Origin: Sulfurimonas sp.
Lineage (GTDB): Bacteria; Campylobacterota; Campylobacteria; Campylobacterales; Sulfurimonadaceae
Direction: 5' to 3'
Length of the DNA: 64,000 nt
Assembly: GCA_028044295.1 (NCBI GenBank)
Contig: JAOFSE010000011.1
Span: forward strand, 890-64,889
Position 1 is the first letter of the stretch, and each line of letters starts with the position of its first letter. This document shows, in pieces, positions 30,550-42,800 of this stretch. The position numbers were made by a program, and so were the translations under genes. The notes beneath the pieces were generated by a model. The model searched no databases. It was given only the letters and a program-made list of their open reading frames with translations, and was not told where the DNA came from.

Positions 30550-31626
30550 ATGAAAAGACTACTACTAATACCAGCATTTCTAGGAACTATGGCAATTGCA
30601 CAAGAATATAAATACGAGATTACACCTGTTATAGGCTATAACATTGCTGAAGGCAACCTAAATTTAGAGAATCAATCTCTTATTGGTGTTGAGCTTCAAT
30701 ACAATGATGTAGATTCATTTTTAAAGCCAGAACTTAGTTTATTACATACTGATGCTGATTATGAGAACTCTCCACTTAGTACAGATATAAATCGTATCGC
30801 TATAAATGGTGTTCACGAGTATGATACTATCGGAAGTCTAATTCCATTAACAAAAGTTGGTGTTGGTTATGAAACAATGAACAGACATTTATTTGAAAAC
30901 AAAGAGAGTATTTTCTTTGATGTTGGTGTTGGCGCAAAGGTACCCCTAACTGATGCAATAGCTTTAAAACTTGAAGCTGTATACATGTTAAAAAACAATG
31001 ACAACAGATGGGATAACAACTTAGCAATGCTAGCTGGTATCAACTTCTCATTTGGTAAAAAAGCTCAAGCTCCTGCTCCAGTTGAAACTGCTGTAGATGG
31101 TGATGATGACAATGATGGTGTTTTAAACTCATTAGATCAATGTCCAACAACTCCAGCTGGAACAACTGTTGATGCTAGTGGATGTAAAGTAGTTGATGGA
31201 GACGATGACCAAGACAGTGTTTTGAACTCTATAGATGAATGTCCAACAACTCCACTTGGTCATGTTGTAAACTCTAAAGGTTGTGAGCTTATTGTAAACC
31301 TAAATGTTAATTTTGAGAACAACTCTTATGAAGTTGATGATGCTTCTTTAGTAAGAATCCAAAAATTTGCTAAATTCTTAGTAGACTTCCCAAATTACAA
31401 TGCACAAATTGTAGGACATACTAACAATATTGGTCGTGAATCATCAAACCAAAGATTGTCAGAAAATAGAGCATCTGCAGTAAAAGACCTAATTGTAAAA
31501 GAAGGTGTTGAGGCAAGTAGAGTGAGCTCAGCAGGTAAAGGTGAAAGTTCACCAATTACAACAAATGATACTCCTGAAGGTCTTGCTGAAAACAGAAGAA
31601 TAGAAGCAACACTAACTAAAAACTAA
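30550..31626 (+). CDS. OmpA/OprF (CadF-like) outer membrane protein with thrombospondin type-3 repeats
   Basis: signal peptide, beta-barrel, D-rich repeats, GHTN...NQRLSENRA...GKGESSP...NRRIE. Confidence 0.92.
   Translation: MKRLLLIPAFLGTMAIAQEYKYEITPVIGYNIAEGNLNLENQSLIGVELQYNDVDSFLKPELSLLHTDADYENSPLSTDINRIAINGVHEYDTIGSLIPLTKVGVGYETMNRHLFENKESIFFDVGVGAKVPLTDAIALKLEAVYMLKNNDNRWDNNLAMLAGINFSFGKKAQAPAPVETAVDGDDDNDGVLNSLDQCPTTPAGTTVDASGCKVVDGDDDQDSVLNSIDECPTTPLGHVVNSKGCELIVNLNVNFENNSYEVDDASLVRIQKFAKFLVDFPNYNAQIVGHTNNIGRESSNQRLSENRASAVKDLIVKEGVEASRVSSAGKGESSPITTNDTPEGLAENRRIEATLTKN
31096..31290 (+). repeat. two tandem 99-nt (33-aa) TSP3-like repeats inside the OmpA gene
   Basis: DGDDDNDGVLNSLDQCPTTP...GC / DGDDDQDSVLNSIDECPTTP...GC starting at 31096 and 31195. 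Confidence 0.85.
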
Positions 31627-31635
31627 AAGCAACTT

Positions 31636-32208
31636 ATGATTGACATACCTTGTGTCATTTTTGCTGGTGGAAAAAGCTCTAGAATGGGAGAAGACAAAGC
31701 GCTTCTTCCTTTTGGAGGTTTTGACACTCTCACTCAATATCAACTAACAAAACTATCAAAAATATTTAAAACTGTATATATCTCATGTAAAGACAAATCT
31801 AAATTTGACTTCCATGCAAACTTCATCGAGGATATTAGAACAGACTCTGTTTTTGCACCTACTGCTGGTTTTGTATCTATATACAAGACTCTACATGTAG
31901 AAAAGTTTTTTGTACTTAGTGTTGACTCTCCATTTGTGGAAGAAGCTGAAATAAAGAATCTCATTGAATCAGACACCATGCAAGTAGATGCAACTATTGC
32001 TAAGACTAAGTTTGGTATTCAACCAATGTGTGGGCTCTATCACAACACATTAAAAGATAAGTTTGTAGAGATGCTCGAGAGCAATAACCATAAGATCGGC
32101 TTTTTACTACAGCAATCAAATACAGTTTTTGTAGACTTTGAAGATGAAAAACCTTTTTTAAATTTAAATAATCCAGATGAGTATAAAAAAGCCTTAGAAC
32201 TTATTTGA
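31636..32208 (+). CDS. mobA: molybdenum cofactor guanylyltransferase
   Basis: [32 protein letters not shown]. Confidence 0.93.
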   Translation: MIDIPCVIFAGGKSSRMGEDKALLPFGGFDTLTQYQLTKLSKIFKTVYISCKDKSKFDFHANFIEDIRTDSVFAPTAGFVSIYKTLHVEKFFVLSVDSPFVEEAEIKNLIESDTMQVDATIAKTKFGIQPMCGLYHNTLKDKFVEMLESNNHKIGFLLQQSNTVFVDFEDEKPFLNLNNPDEYKKALELI

Positions 32209-32274
32209 TATAATGTAGCAAGATTGTAATCGAAGTCAAATATAATATAGATATAAACATACTAGGAGTCAAAA

Positions 32275-32718
32275 ATGAGTTATTTTTCTAAGGTAAAATT
32301 AGAACAAGAAGTATTCAGTCTTGTTTATGGACATGGAGAAGTTATCTTTGTACTTCCAAAAGAACAAAGAATTGATGGTTTTTATGTTTTCGCGGCTAAA
32401 TTTTCTAAAAAAAATATTATTCATTATACTGTAGAAGGTTTCCCTAACTGGAGTCCTTCAAATGGTGCTTGTCAAACTGTTTTTTATCAAAAAGACTTAG
32501 ATATGAATGATATAGATATACTCCCTGTAAGTAAAGAGTTATCTGAAAAGCAGATATTAAAATACGCAGAGAAAGATATCTTAGAGATGCGTTGCCCCTC
32601 AGGTATCTGGAGAAATGTAAATGAATGCCCTCAAAACCTTATGAAAAAAGCTTTGAAAAAAGATAAATTATATCTGTTTAGAAAAGAGAAATACAAAGGT
32701 CTTGATAGAAGACAGTAA
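32275..32718 (+). CDS. hypothetical protein, 147 aa
   Basis: AGGAG SD; ORF with RCPSGIW...ECP. Confidence 0.8.
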   Translation: MSYFSKVKLEQEVFSLVYGHGEVIFVLPKEQRIDGFYVFAAKFSKKNIIHYTVEGFPNWSPSNGACQTVFYQKDLDMNDIDILPVSKELSEKQILKYAEKDILEMRCPSGIWRNVNECPQNLMKKALKKDKLYLFRKEKYKGLDRRQ

Positions 32719-32880
32719 TAGTAATCTATAAATCTTTTATAGCTCATCATTCTTGGACTCTTTACAATGAGGAGTCCATGTATACTCTTGTTTAAAAAAC
32801 CTCCAAAAAAAGTGATTATGATACTTCTGCTATAATAATAAATATACAAACAATATTAATAATTATAGGGCAAACATAGC

Positions 32881-33351
32881 ATGAACCTAACGCATTTAGA
32901 TGAAAATCAAAGACCAAAAATGGTAGATGTAAGTGATAAAAGTCAGACAACGAGAGTTGCAGTAGCTAGTGGAATAATAGAGATGAGCCAAGATGCATTC
33001 GATGCAATAGTAACTGAAAAGACAAAAAAGGGACCAGTTTTACAAACTGCAGTAATTGCAGCAATCATGGGTGTAAAAAAAACAAGTGATTTAATTCCAA
33101 TGTGTCATCCTCTAAACTTAAGTGGTATAAACTGTGATGTTGAAGAATTAACAGAACTTCCTGGTTTTAAACTGACAGTTACAGCAAAACTTACTGGTCA
33201 AACAGGTGTCGAGATGGAAGCATTAACTGGAACAAGCATAGGTTTATTAACTATCTATGATATGGTTAAAGCTATAGATAAAGGGATGATAATCCGTAAT
33301 GTTCAACTAGAAAAAAAATCAGGAGGCAAAAGTGGAGATTTTAAACGCTAG
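32881..33351 (+). CDS. moaC: cyclic pyranopterin monophosphate synthase
   Basis: LTHLDE...[28 protein letters not shown]. Confidence 0.98.
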   Translation: MNLTHLDENQRPKMVDVSDKSQTTRVAVASGIIEMSQDAFDAIVTEKTKKGPVLQTAVIAAIMGVKKTSDLIPMCHPLNLSGINCDVEELTELPGFKLTVTAKLTGQTGVEMEALTGTSIGLLTIYDMVKAIDKGMIIRNVQLEKKSGGKSGDFKR

Positions 33352-33601
33352 AGATGAGAAGCTAGAGCTTTCTTACCCTTGTAACTGGTCTTATAAACTG
33401 ATAGCATTAGATAAGGAAACTCTACACCAAGCTGTAATAGATGTAATAGATGAGAGGGAGCATAAGATAACTCACTCCAAAAATTCTAAAGGCGGAAAAT
33501 ATGTCAGTATGAATCTTGATATGCTTGTGCATAATGAGGACGATAGAAACTTTATATACGAAGCACTAAAAAGGCATTCAAACATTAAAATGGTACTTTA
33601 A
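33332..33601 (+). CDS. DUF493 / YbeD-like (HP0495-type) protein
   Basis: [19 protein letters not shown]-terminus. Confidence 0.85.
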   Translation: MEILNARDEKLELSYPCNWSYKLIALDKETLHQAVIDVIDEREHKITHSKNSKGGKYVSMNLDMLVHNEDDRNFIYEALKRHSNIKMVL

Positions 33602-33615
33602 ACAAAGGATTAATT

Positions 33616-34569
33616 ATGAGTAATAAAAAATTAGAAGATTTAAGTCTAAGTGAGATTAAAAGTTATATCTCAGCTATACTAGAAGATAAAACAAAAAACT
33701 TAAAAGAAGAACTCGAAGATCTTTTAGCAAAGCAAGAGCAATTGCAAATTGCACTAAAGAAAAAAGAGCATGAACTTCAAAATGCTAAGTATAATGTATT
33801 TGATTCTATTGAATCAACTATAAATAAAGAAGATGTTGCAACACTATCCAAACTACATCAAGTTAAACTCCAAAATATAGACCTATTTGATTTACTTGGA
33901 GAGACAGTAGAATCTGCAATCATTACTGCATTAGAAAATTCTCAAGATAGTGAACCTAATGAGACTATTCAAGAAGTAATAAAAGAGTTAGCATATCAAA
34001 CCATCAAAGAGGGAACACTCAATACCATTAGAGTTAGAAAAATTCTTTCCACCATCCTCCACTCTGCCATAGAAGTAGCTGAGGCCACTCCTAATAGATC
34101 TCTACAAATATTGGAGCCTACTCTAAAAGGTATGCGTTGGGGTCTTCACCATTCTATAGATAGATTTAAAAAGAGAATCGCTTTTATGCCAATAGAAGCA
34201 AAACATATACTAATAGAAGATTATGACACTATCATGGAAGATCTATCGCAAACAGATATCCTCTTTCTACAAGTGGTAAACACTCAAGCAAATGAGAGTA
34301 CAGAAGACACTAGAATAACCCTACTAGAGATTAATAAAAAAATGCATTATGATTTAGAAGAGCTAGTGCATATATCAAAAGAGACGGCAACTGTAATGAA
34401 AGATAAATTTTCCTCATTTGCCAAAACAGCTGTACAAAAAGCTGATAGTGCTATTAATTCAGATACAGCTAAAGAGGCAAAAAGAATGGGAGTTCAAGCA
34501 CTTGGTGTAGCAAAAGATGCGCTTGGCAATGCTATTAAGTCTGCAAAAGATGCAATGGAGAAGAAATAA
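33616..34569 (+). CDS. hypothetical helical/coiled-coil protein, 317 aa
   Basis: long ORF with AAGGA SD. Confidence 0.8.
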   Translation: MSNKKLEDLSLSEIKSYISAILEDKTKNLKEELEDLLAKQEQLQIALKKKEHELQNAKYNVFDSIESTINKEDVATLSKLHQVKLQNIDLFDLLGETVESAIITALENSQDSEPNETIQEVIKELAYQTIKEGTLNTIRVRKILSTILHSAIEVAEATPNRSLQILEPTLKGMRWGLHHSIDRFKKRIAFMPIEAKHILIEDYDTIMEDLSQTDILFLQVVNTQANESTEDTRITLLEINKKMHYDLEELVHISKETATVMKDKFSSFAKTAVQKADSAINSDTAKEAKRMGVQALGVAKDALGNAIKSAKDAMEKK

Positions 34570-34572
34570 GAT

Positions 34573-34986
34573 TTATTCTTTATCTCTAAGCTCTGCATAT
34601 AAAGATATGCATGAGTTTACATCCATTCGTCTAGGAACCCTTCTCACAGATAAATAAGTTGTCTTTCCATCCTTAGCTATTTTTCTCATAGCTGTCGCAT
34701 GTACCCAATAAAATCCACCATCTTTACGACGATTTTTTACAATTCCTGTCCAGAAACCTTTGGACTGTATATCATCCCAAAGTCCTTGAAATGCAATACG
34801 TGGCATTTCAGCATGCCTAACAATATTATGCGGTTCGCCCAATAGTTCATCAAGTTTATATCCTGCCATTTCACAAAAAAGATCATTAGCATATATAATA
34901 AGTCCTTTATCATCTGTCTCACTTAAAATATATTCATTTTCATCAAAATACCATTCATCAGAAGTTTTATCTTTTGTAACTGCCAT
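34573..34986 (-). CDS. stand-alone PAS-domain protein (Aer/CetB-like)
   Basis: SETDDKGLIIYAN, GEPHNIVRH..MPR..F..LW, VKNRRKDGGFYWV. Confidence 0.9.
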   Translation of the reverse strand: MAVTKDKTSDEWYFDENEYILSETDDKGLIIYANDLFCEMAGYKLDELLGEPHNIVRHAEMPRIAFQGLWDDIQSKGFWTGIVKNRRKDGGFYWVHATAMRKIAKDGKTTYLSVRRVPRRMDVNSCISLYAELRDKE

Positions 34987-34994
34987 ATTAACTC

Positions 34995-36068
34995 CTAGCT
35001 ATAGTATTGTGCGACCCTATCCATTTGTGAACCCATATTTAAAAGGACCATATCCGCCACAACTAAAGCGGCCATAGCTTCACAAACTATAGTTCCTCTT
35101 ATTGCTACACATGGGTCATGTCTACCTTTAAGTGAAAAGTCCACCTCTTCATTTGTATTTGTAACAGTATGCTGTTCTTTAAATATAGAAGGGGTAGGTT
35201 TGAAGTATACATTTAAAACTATATCTTCACCATTGCTAATCCCGCCAAGTATTCCACCTGAATGATTTGTTTCAAATCCAGTTGATCTAATCTGATCATT
35301 GTTAAAAGAGCCAAGAGAAGATGAGCTAAGTACTCCATCACCAATCTCAACAGCTTTAACAGCATTGATTCCCATCATTGCATCTGCTAGGGTTGAATCA
35401 AGTTTATAATATAGTGGTTGACCTAAACCAATAGGAGCACCTTTTATAAGAACACGAGAGACACCACCAACAGAATCATGGTCATTTTTTGCTTTTAATA
35501 TGGCCTCTTTTTGAGCCTCTTCAACACTCTCGTCAAGTGCATAAATAATACTACTTTTTGCCTTATCATAATCAAGGTTTTGAGCTTTAATACCATCAAC
35601 TTCACATATACCGCTTAAAACTTCTACATGTAGTTCTTTTAGCATTAATTTTGCTATCGCACCAGCTGCAACTCTTGCTGCTGTTTCTCTTGCACTACTT
35701 CTACCACCACCACGATAATCTCTTAGGCCATATTTGTGAAAATAGGTAAAATCTGCATGACCTGGGCGGAAAACATCCTTGATATTTGAGTAATCTTTTG
35801 ACTTTTGATTTGTGTTGTATATAACCATTGCAATAGGAGTACCAGTACTCAATCCTTCAAAAACACCTGACAATATCTCTACCTTGTCAGCTTCTTTTCT
35901 TGCAGTTTCAAACTCACTCTTGCCAGGTTTCCTACGGTCAAGCTCACTTTGAATAAATTCTTCATCGATCTTTAAACCAGCAGGTACCCCATCTAAAACA
36001 CAACCAATAGCTGTACCATGAGACTCTCCAAATGTGGAAAACCTTAACTTTTGTCCAAAACTATTCAT
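34995..36068 (-). CDS. aroC: chorismate synthase
   Basis: [28 protein letters not shown]. Confidence 0.99.
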   Translation of the reverse strand: MNSFGQKLRFSTFGESHGTAIGCVLDGVPAGLKIDEEFIQSELDRRKPGKSEFETARKEADKVEILSGVFEGLSTGTPIAMVIYNTNQKSKDYSNIKDVFRPGHADFTYFHKYGLRDYRGGGRSSARETAARVAAGAIAKLMLKELHVEVLSGICEVDGIKAQNLDYDKAKSSIIYALDESVEEAQKEAILKAKNDHDSVGGVSRVLIKGAPIGLGQPLYYKLDSTLADAMMGINAVKAVEIGDGVLSSSSLGSFNNDQIRSTGFETNHSGGILGGISNGEDIVLNVYFKPTPSIFKEQHTVTNTNEEVDFSLKGRHDPCVAIRGTIVCEAMAALVVADMVLLNMGSQMDRVAQYYS

Positions 36069-36744
36069 TACTTTCCTTTAGTATTTTAACTGCTAGTTCT
36101 GCAGCTTCTTGTTGAGCAATTTTTTTACTTTTTCCTATGGCTCTAGCATATTCCTTACCTTGAATAATGACAGCCATTTCAAACTCTTTTAGATGATCAG
36201 GTCCACGACTAGCAACAACTACATACTCTGGAGTTTCACCAAAGCTAGCCTGTGTCATCTCTTGCAAAGTAGTTTTAAAGTCTTTAAATAAAGAGTCAAG
36301 TGATATCTCTTTATGATTTTTTTCTATCAAGTTAATAGCTATCTCTTGAGCTTTTTGAAGTCCAGATTCAAGATAAACTGCACCAATAATAGCTTCAAAA
36401 GCATTAGATAATAAAGATGGCTTCTCTCTTCCGCCATTGTTCTCTTCTGCATTTGATAAATATATATAATCACCTAAATTTATAGATCGGGCTAACATAT
36501 CAAATCCACTTTCATTCACCAAAGATGCTCTAATCTTAGAAAGTCCTCCCTCAGCAGACTTTGGAAATTTCTTAAAAAGATACTCTCCAACAATCAAGTC
36601 CAAGACTGCATCACCTAAAAATTCTAATCGCTCATTATCGTAGGGCTGTTTATAACTTTTATGTGTCAGCGCTTCGATAATGAGCTTCTCTTTCTTAAAT
36701 TTATACCCTAGTGTCTCTTCTAGAGTCTCTATACTCTTACTCAT
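36061..36744 (-). CDS. rnc: ribonuclease III
   Basis: [20 protein letters not shown], dsRBD. Confidence 0.99.
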   Translation of the reverse strand: MSKSIETLEETLGYKFKKEKLIIEALTHKSYKQPYDNERLEFLGDAVLDLIVGEYLFKKFPKSAEGGLSKIRASLVNESGFDMLARSINLGDYIYLSNAEENNGGREKPSLLSNAFEAIIGAVYLESGLQKAQEIAINLIEKNHKEISLDSLFKDFKTTLQEMTQASFGETPEYVVVASRGPDHLKEFEMAVIIQGKEYARAIGKSKKIAQQEAAELAVKILKESNE

Positions 36745-37180
36745 TTCTACCTCTTAAACTTTCTTTCATATTTTCCGCCTCATCTCGTGCAAGTTTATCA
36801 CAACGTTCATTCTCTTCATGACCATCATGACCCCGCACCCAAATTGCTTTTACTGTATGTATTCTAGAAACTTCTATATAGTCTTTCCATAGGTCTACAT
36901 TTTTCACTTTTTTAAAATCTTTTTTTATCCACCCTTTAAGCCATTCGTTAATACCCTTTACAACATAAGATGAATCAGAAATAATCTCAACTTCACAAGC
37001 CTCTCTTAAAGCTCTCAAGCCCTCTATTGCACCGAGGAGTTCCATACGATTATTCGTTGTATGCTCCTCACTACCTGAGAGTTCTTTTTCTTTATCGCCA
37101 AACCTAAGGATTACACCATAGCCGCCAGGACCTGGGTTACCCAAAGCACTTCCATCACTGAAAAGAGTTATTTTCTTCAC
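36737..37180 (-). CDS. rnhA: ribonuclease HI
   Basis: [28 protein letters not shown]...NERCD. Confidence 0.98.
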   Translation of the reverse strand: MKKITLFSDGSALGNPGPGGYGVILRFGDKEKELSGSEEHTTNNRMELLGAIEGLRALREACEVEIISDSSYVVKGINEWLKGWIKKDFKKVKNVDLWKDYIEVSRIHTVKAIWVRGHDGHEENERCDKLARDEAENMKESLRGRNE

Positions 37181-38201
37181 CGAAATCCTTACTATAGTTT
37201 TTTACTAAACTCATCTCAACTCTAGAGCTGTCAATACTATGACAACTACTACAACGATGAAATGCAAATGGATAAACATTTTTACAGCTATCACATACAT
37301 ACTCAAAACTAAGTTTCGCATTTACACTATTATCCAAATTTATTAAAACATTAAACTCAAATACAGAACTACTCTTAGCTTCTTGAATATACCCTTTTGC
37401 ACTATATAACTCTCTTAAATATCCATTTTTATTTATAATATTTAAATCTAAATGTTCTCTGCCAAGGTTGTACAAAATATCAACTAATAATTCTGATTTA
37501 GAACTATCTAAATTTTTCCAAGCTAATTTGTAATCAACTCTAAATATATACTCAAATATCATATAGGTAAAAATATGATTTTCTTTGTATATTGTTAAAA
37601 GCTCCTCCACTCGTTCTATTGATGTAAGTTCTGTATTGTTTAAAATAATAAGTATTCTTAGATAAGTACTTTCTACTGTAACACTCTCTTGAAGTACTTC
37701 TAATGGTTCTAAAACCTCTAAGGCTGAGCTATAGTCTTTCATATGTTCATATATGAGTAGAAGGTATCTAAGTGCCTGTGGTGTCCTAGGATTTGCTTGT
37801 AGAATCTCTAAAAAAATCTTCTTTGAACGTTCCAAGAAACCAGCTTTAAAATATGTCTTAGCAAGTAAGAACATAGTATCTCTAGAGTTACTCTTAGAAC
37901 CTACCTTAAGTAGTTCACTGTATATTTCTATACTCTTCTCATAATTTCCATCTTTAAAGTAGGAGTTAGCCAGTAAAAGCCATGACTTTTCAGATAAATC
38001 ACCACTTGATATGAGTACTTTTAATTCATCTTGTGATGGAGTAGCGTTAAACTGCTTTAAAAAGTTATCTAGATGTTTATGGTCTTCTTGCTTTTTAAAC
38101 TTGTTAAACCAGTACGAAAAAAAAGTTATCATGAAGATGATTACAAAAAAAACGATAACCCCAAAAAGAGGATCGCGAAACTCTATAAAAAATGTATTCA
38201 C
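37155..38201 (-). CDS. membrane-anchored TPR protein with C-terminal CxxC...CxxC (LapB-like)
   Basis: N-terminal TM, TPRs (LAKTYFKAGFLERS), YVCDSC...RCSSC. Confidence 0.75.
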   Translation of the reverse strand: MNTFFIEFRDPLFGVIVFFVIIFMITFFSYWFNKFKKQEDHKHLDNFLKQFNATPSQDELKVLISSGDLSEKSWLLLANSYFKDGNYEKSIEIYSELLKVGSKSNSRDTMFLLAKTYFKAGFLERSKKIFLEILQANPRTPQALRYLLLIYEHMKDYSSALEVLEPLEVLQESVTVESTYLRILIILNNTELTSIERVEELLTIYKENHIFTYMIFEYIFRVDYKLAWKNLDSSKSELLVDILYNLGREHLDLNIINKNGYLRELYSAKGYIQEAKSSSVFEFNVLINLDNSVNAKLSFEYVCDSCKNVYPFAFHRCSSCHSIDSSRVEMSLVKNYSKDFGEENNSFQ

Positions 38202-38668
38202 TATTTGTACACCACAATTCCGTAATCATTTTTCAAATTATAAAATGTAGAGTCTGCTGTAATCTCAAGCTCTTTAATCTTACCAAGCTGGACTATAGAG
38301 TTTTTATTTACTTTAATCCCAAACTCTGTAAAAAACTTCTTTATGTTTACAAACTTCACATCTTCTACGAATTTATATTCAAACTCTTTGTAGAGTTTCA
38401 TCTTCTCATATGAAAATATATGTTCATTTACATGTAGTCTATCTGAAGCGTATTTTATTGGTAAATGTCCTGAGAGATCCGTCAAAATATTCTCAACATG
38501 CTCATGCTTCTGGGGTAGTGTATTTTTTTGGATAAAAAGATATTTGTTATTTAGTTTGAGGTTTGGTGTATTTTTCCAGTACTTATATGCCGGATTTGAC
38601 ACACCTAGTTTCGAAGAGACTTCTCTCCATAACCAGTAAGAGTTAAGAGTGTTTGGTAATTGCGACAT
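38201..38668 (-). CDS. hypothetical protein, 155 aa
   Basis: ORF overlapping the TPR gene start by 1 nt. Confidence 0.8.
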   Translation of the reverse strand: MSQLPNTLNSYWLWREVSSKLGVSNPAYKYWKNTPNLKLNNKYLFIQKNTLPQKHEHVENILTDLSGHLPIKYASDRLHVNEHIFSYEKMKLYKEFEYKFVEDVKFVNIKKFFTEFGIKVNKNSIVQLGKIKELEITADSTFYNLKNDYGIVVYK

Positions 38669-38754
38669 CTGCTTAACTCCTATACAATAGATTTATAACT
38701 CTATTATATAGTTTTTTTTTATATAGTTTCTTTAAAAGTGTTTTCAGACTTCAC

Positions 38755-39762
38755 TTATAGCAGACTAATGAGTAGACCACTAAAGATTAATTGTAGTGCA
38801 AAAAGAAGAGAAGAGACTTTAAATGCTGTACCTGCTGTTTTAACAATAGTCCCAAAATGAATCATTAATCCTATTGCACTCATTGCAATCAGTGTAATAT
38901 AATAACTAACAGAAGCAATCAATTCTTCAATCCCTTTTGGCAGTAAACCAAGTGAAGCGATAACCGAGAAAAAGACAAACCAAAGTATAAAAGATGGGAC
39001 TCCCACTTTTGCTTTTTCACTTGATTCTTCATCATTAGAGTTCTCTTTTTTTACTATATATATCAAAATAAGTACAAGAGGCACCAGTAGCAAAACTCTT
39101 CCCATTTTTACAACAGTTGCATAGTGTCCTGACTCCTCTGATATACTAAAGCCAGCTGCGACTGCTTGTCCAATAGCTTGAAGTGTATTTCCGGTAAATA
39201 CACCTGATTGAACGTCACTAAATCCTAAAAGATGAGCTAATGCAGGTGCTAAAAATATACCTACTGTTCCCATAAGATTTACAAGCGCTATACTAATACC
39301 TATATCGCCGCTTTTCACCTTAGCAATACTAGATGTGGCAGCTATTGCAGAACTCCCACATACACCATTTCCTATACCTATCATAAGTGCAAGCTTAGAG
39401 TTTAGTTTAAAAAGTTTTCCTAGGAAGATACCCATAAAAATTGTAAACATCATCCCCAAAACAATAATCAAAATAGTTTTAATACCTAAGTTAGCTAGCA
39501 TTGTAAAGTTGAGATTTATTCCCATAAGGGCAATAGCAAACATCAATAAATCTTTCTCTGCGAACTTAACTCCACTTTTAAATTCAGAATCATCAGAGTG
39601 AAAAGTATCGTAAAATTTATTTCCGACAATCATGCCAAGAATAATAGCTACAGTTGCAGTACTAAAAGATATAAAATTAGTAATAATACTAGCTACGACG
39701 GCAACGGCGATACTAGCCACTAAACCTTTTGCATATCTTTTATAGTTAGATATATTAAGCAT
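38755..39762 (-). CDS. YeiH-family putative sulfate exporter
   Basis: AIILGMIVGN, GNGVCGSSAIAA, Q(A)VAAG, VKMGRV. Confidence 0.92.
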   Translation of the reverse strand: MLNISNYKRYAKGLVASIAVAVVASIITNFISFSTATVAIILGMIVGNKFYDTFHSDDSEFKSGVKFAEKDLLMFAIALMGINLNFTMLANLGIKTILIIVLGMMFTIFMGIFLGKLFKLNSKLALMIGIGNGVCGSSAIAATSSIAKVKSGDIGISIALVNLMGTVGIFLAPALAHLLGFSDVQSGVFTGNTLQAIGQAVAAGFSISEESGHYATVVKMGRVLLLVPLVLILIYIVKKENSNDEESSEKAKVGVPSFILWFVFFSVIASLGLLPKGIEELIASVSYYITLIAMSAIGLMIHFGTIVKTAGTAFKVSSLLFALQLIFSGLLISLL

Positions 39763-39818
39763 CTAAATCCTTCATATTTGGTATAAGTTCAAAGTAATAA
39801 ATCGAATTATAGATAAAA

Positions 39819-42800
39819 CTATTTTACTACTATTTTTAGCTCTGTTTTAGCCCATTTTTCATCATTTTCTTCAGACACTAAAACATCTTTAGCAATTATT
39901 CTACTAGGATCGATCTGTTTATCTACTACCAAATAAGTTCTAATACCATTTGCCCTTCCTTGTGCAAGTTCTTGTAACTCTTCTAATGATACTATCTGAG
40001 TGGAGGTACATCTTACTAGAAGTTCTTTACGGTATTCAGAATCAAACAGATCATCATCATCTTCATATCTTTTTTCAAATTCATCTTTTAAAGCATCAGA
40101 AATATCACTTCCAACTGATTCTTCATATATATCCTCAAGTATATCAACTGTCAAAATTGCTTCATCACTTCTTTTTATAACCTCATCAGTTAACTTATTA
40201 AGCTGTATAGCTTTTTTATCAAGTTCAGCATCATATGATGAAAGAATATCTAAAGAGAGTTTTTGTTTCTTTACTAGTATCTTAGCAAGGTTATCAAGTT
40301 TTTCTCTCTGCGGAGGGAGTATAATATACTCTGATGGCTCAAAGTCCACAAACTTCAATTCATCCCCATCAATACCCATAGCAGCACCAAGAAAGTTAAA
40401 TGGAGAGGTAACAGCTTTAACAATTAGATTTGCAAATGTTTTTAATACCAATGAACCATATTTAAAATCGGGCTCATCCATATTTCCTTCTACTGGCATA
40501 TCAATATCAATTACACCTTCACTATCTTCTAATAATGCTATAGCAAATCCTAAAGGGAGTGCCGTAATATTTTCATCTTCGATAGTATCTCCAAGTTCCA
40601 TCTTTTTAATAACTACACTATTGCTACCAAGGAGCTCAGAATTATGTATTTTATATCCTAAGTCTAAAAAAAGTTTTCCGGATTCTATCTTATGCCCAGC
40701 AAATTGTGCACTGTAACCACTGTAAGAGTCTAAGCCTAAGTTTCTAAAACTAACTCCTATATCTGTATATGATTTAATATCAGAAGCTTCTATACTACCT
40801 TTGATTTTTGTAGAACCATACTTATCTATTTCACCATCTATATCTATATAGCTAACTTCTCCCTTAGTGTTAGATATAGCGTATACATCTCCATTTAAAT
40901 CATGTATAGATGTTTTAAACTGAAGTGGTAAAGAGTAATCTGCAAATATTGCTGCACCGTTTGATACATGTAATTGCATTATTTTAAGTGGGAATGGTTC
41001 ACCTTTATCTATAGTGCTATTATTATCGGATTCTTTAGTCTTTTTCTCATCACTAGTAGTTTTAGAGAGTTGAGCTAAATTCATCTGTTTGTTTTTATCT
41101 ATCTGTGCATTCACATAAAAGGCATCTAAATTAATCTTATCGATAAATAAACTACCTGGAAATAGATCTAGAGTAAATGATTTTAACTCTGTCTTAGAAA
41201 AAGTAAGAAGTCTATCACTGTTTCTACTGTCCATCAGTTCAAATTCTTCTAACTTGAGACCACCAGTTACATGTAAGTCTGGTTGCTTACTACTTTTAGA
41301 GTATGAAAGATTACTATTTAAACTAAAAAAACCATCTACTAATGCGAGATGCATACTTTCTTGTAGATATGGTGTGATCTCTTTTAAAGAAACTCTATCA
41401 ATTGTAAAAGTTCCTTTTTGTTGTAAAGGAGTGTGTCTTACAGTACCTTTTGAGTTAACGGTACCACCTCTGTTTACTCTTATGGTAGCATCGTAATCAA
41501 GCCAACTATTTTTCGATGAGTCAATGTTATAAGCATTAATATCTATGTTATCTAACCTACTTATTGTTTTGTCTTGAATACTCTCATCATTAAAATTAAT
41601 CTCCGCAGAAGATAGAGAAACTTTACCCAACTTAACACTAAATGGTTTTTCTTCAGAGGCATCTTTTTGAGACTCCACAGAAGATTTCGACTCCTTAGAC
41701 TCTTTAGACACCATAAGTTTGTTGATATTCATATCACCTGTTTTATCTTTTCTAAGATATATTCCCAGACCATTTAAATCTATAGCTGATACGTGTAGAT
41801 CTTTTGTTTTTGTATCTACATTAATATCATCTATTTTAAAGTTTTTAAATCCAAGTAATTTTTCATTATCTGTTTGTGATGTAAATAAAAAATTATTTAG
41901 TTCAAAATCAACATTATTAACATTTACATAGTTAGTAGCATTTTCTTCACTGCTAGATGATATATTAAGATCAAGATGTGTATTCATACTACCAACTATG
42001 AGACTATATTTATAAGAATTTAATCGCTTGTTTTGATTAGATTTTACATTGTTTATATAATCCAATAAATCTATGTTGCCATCTTCATCAATACTAAAAT
42101 CTACTAAAAGGTTTTTAAGACTGATACCATCTACATGTATATCTTTTTGAAAAGGTTTTATACTTGCGTTTTGAACTTTAAATGACTGTAAATTTAATAT
42201 ATCTATATTTTTGTTTTTTGGTTTAAGCCTCAAGTCTGCCAAATCGATCTCTAAATTATCTATTGAAGTAGCATTTAAATCATTCGTATTAACTCTATAA
42301 TCTGCATATAGAGAAAACTTTCCATTTGCAACTTCTATACCTAACTCATCTTGAACATATCTCTCATGGTTATATAGTTTGTTAAGTTTAAAATCTATGC
42401 TACCCTCAAGATTAAGTGGTTCTAGACCTAGTATATTTGTTTTAATATCAATCTTGCCACCATTACCTAAGTTAGAGTAAAATCTAAGTTCTGCTCCACG
42501 AGACGTAAAATCATCAGTATCAATGTCTTTTAGAATAAAAGTTATATCTTTTATGGATGTATGGAATTTATTTAGTTTTGTATTGTCTGTATATGTAAAG
42601 ATACCTTCTTCTACAGCAAGTTCATCTATTATTATCCGTGGAAGTTTTGAAGGAGTTTCTTCTTCTGTTGGTTTTACTACTTCATCTGATTCTTTTAAAA
42701 TTGTTGCTAAATTAAATACTTTATCTTTGTTTTGTTCAAGTAAAATTTGGGGACTAGATAAGAGAACTTTTTTTACATTAATCGTTCCATTATATAAATT

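Noticed and set aside
40000-40716. 238-aa plus-strand ORF
   Set aside because: Antisense shadow of the DUF748 gene; Ser-rich, no SD or motif.
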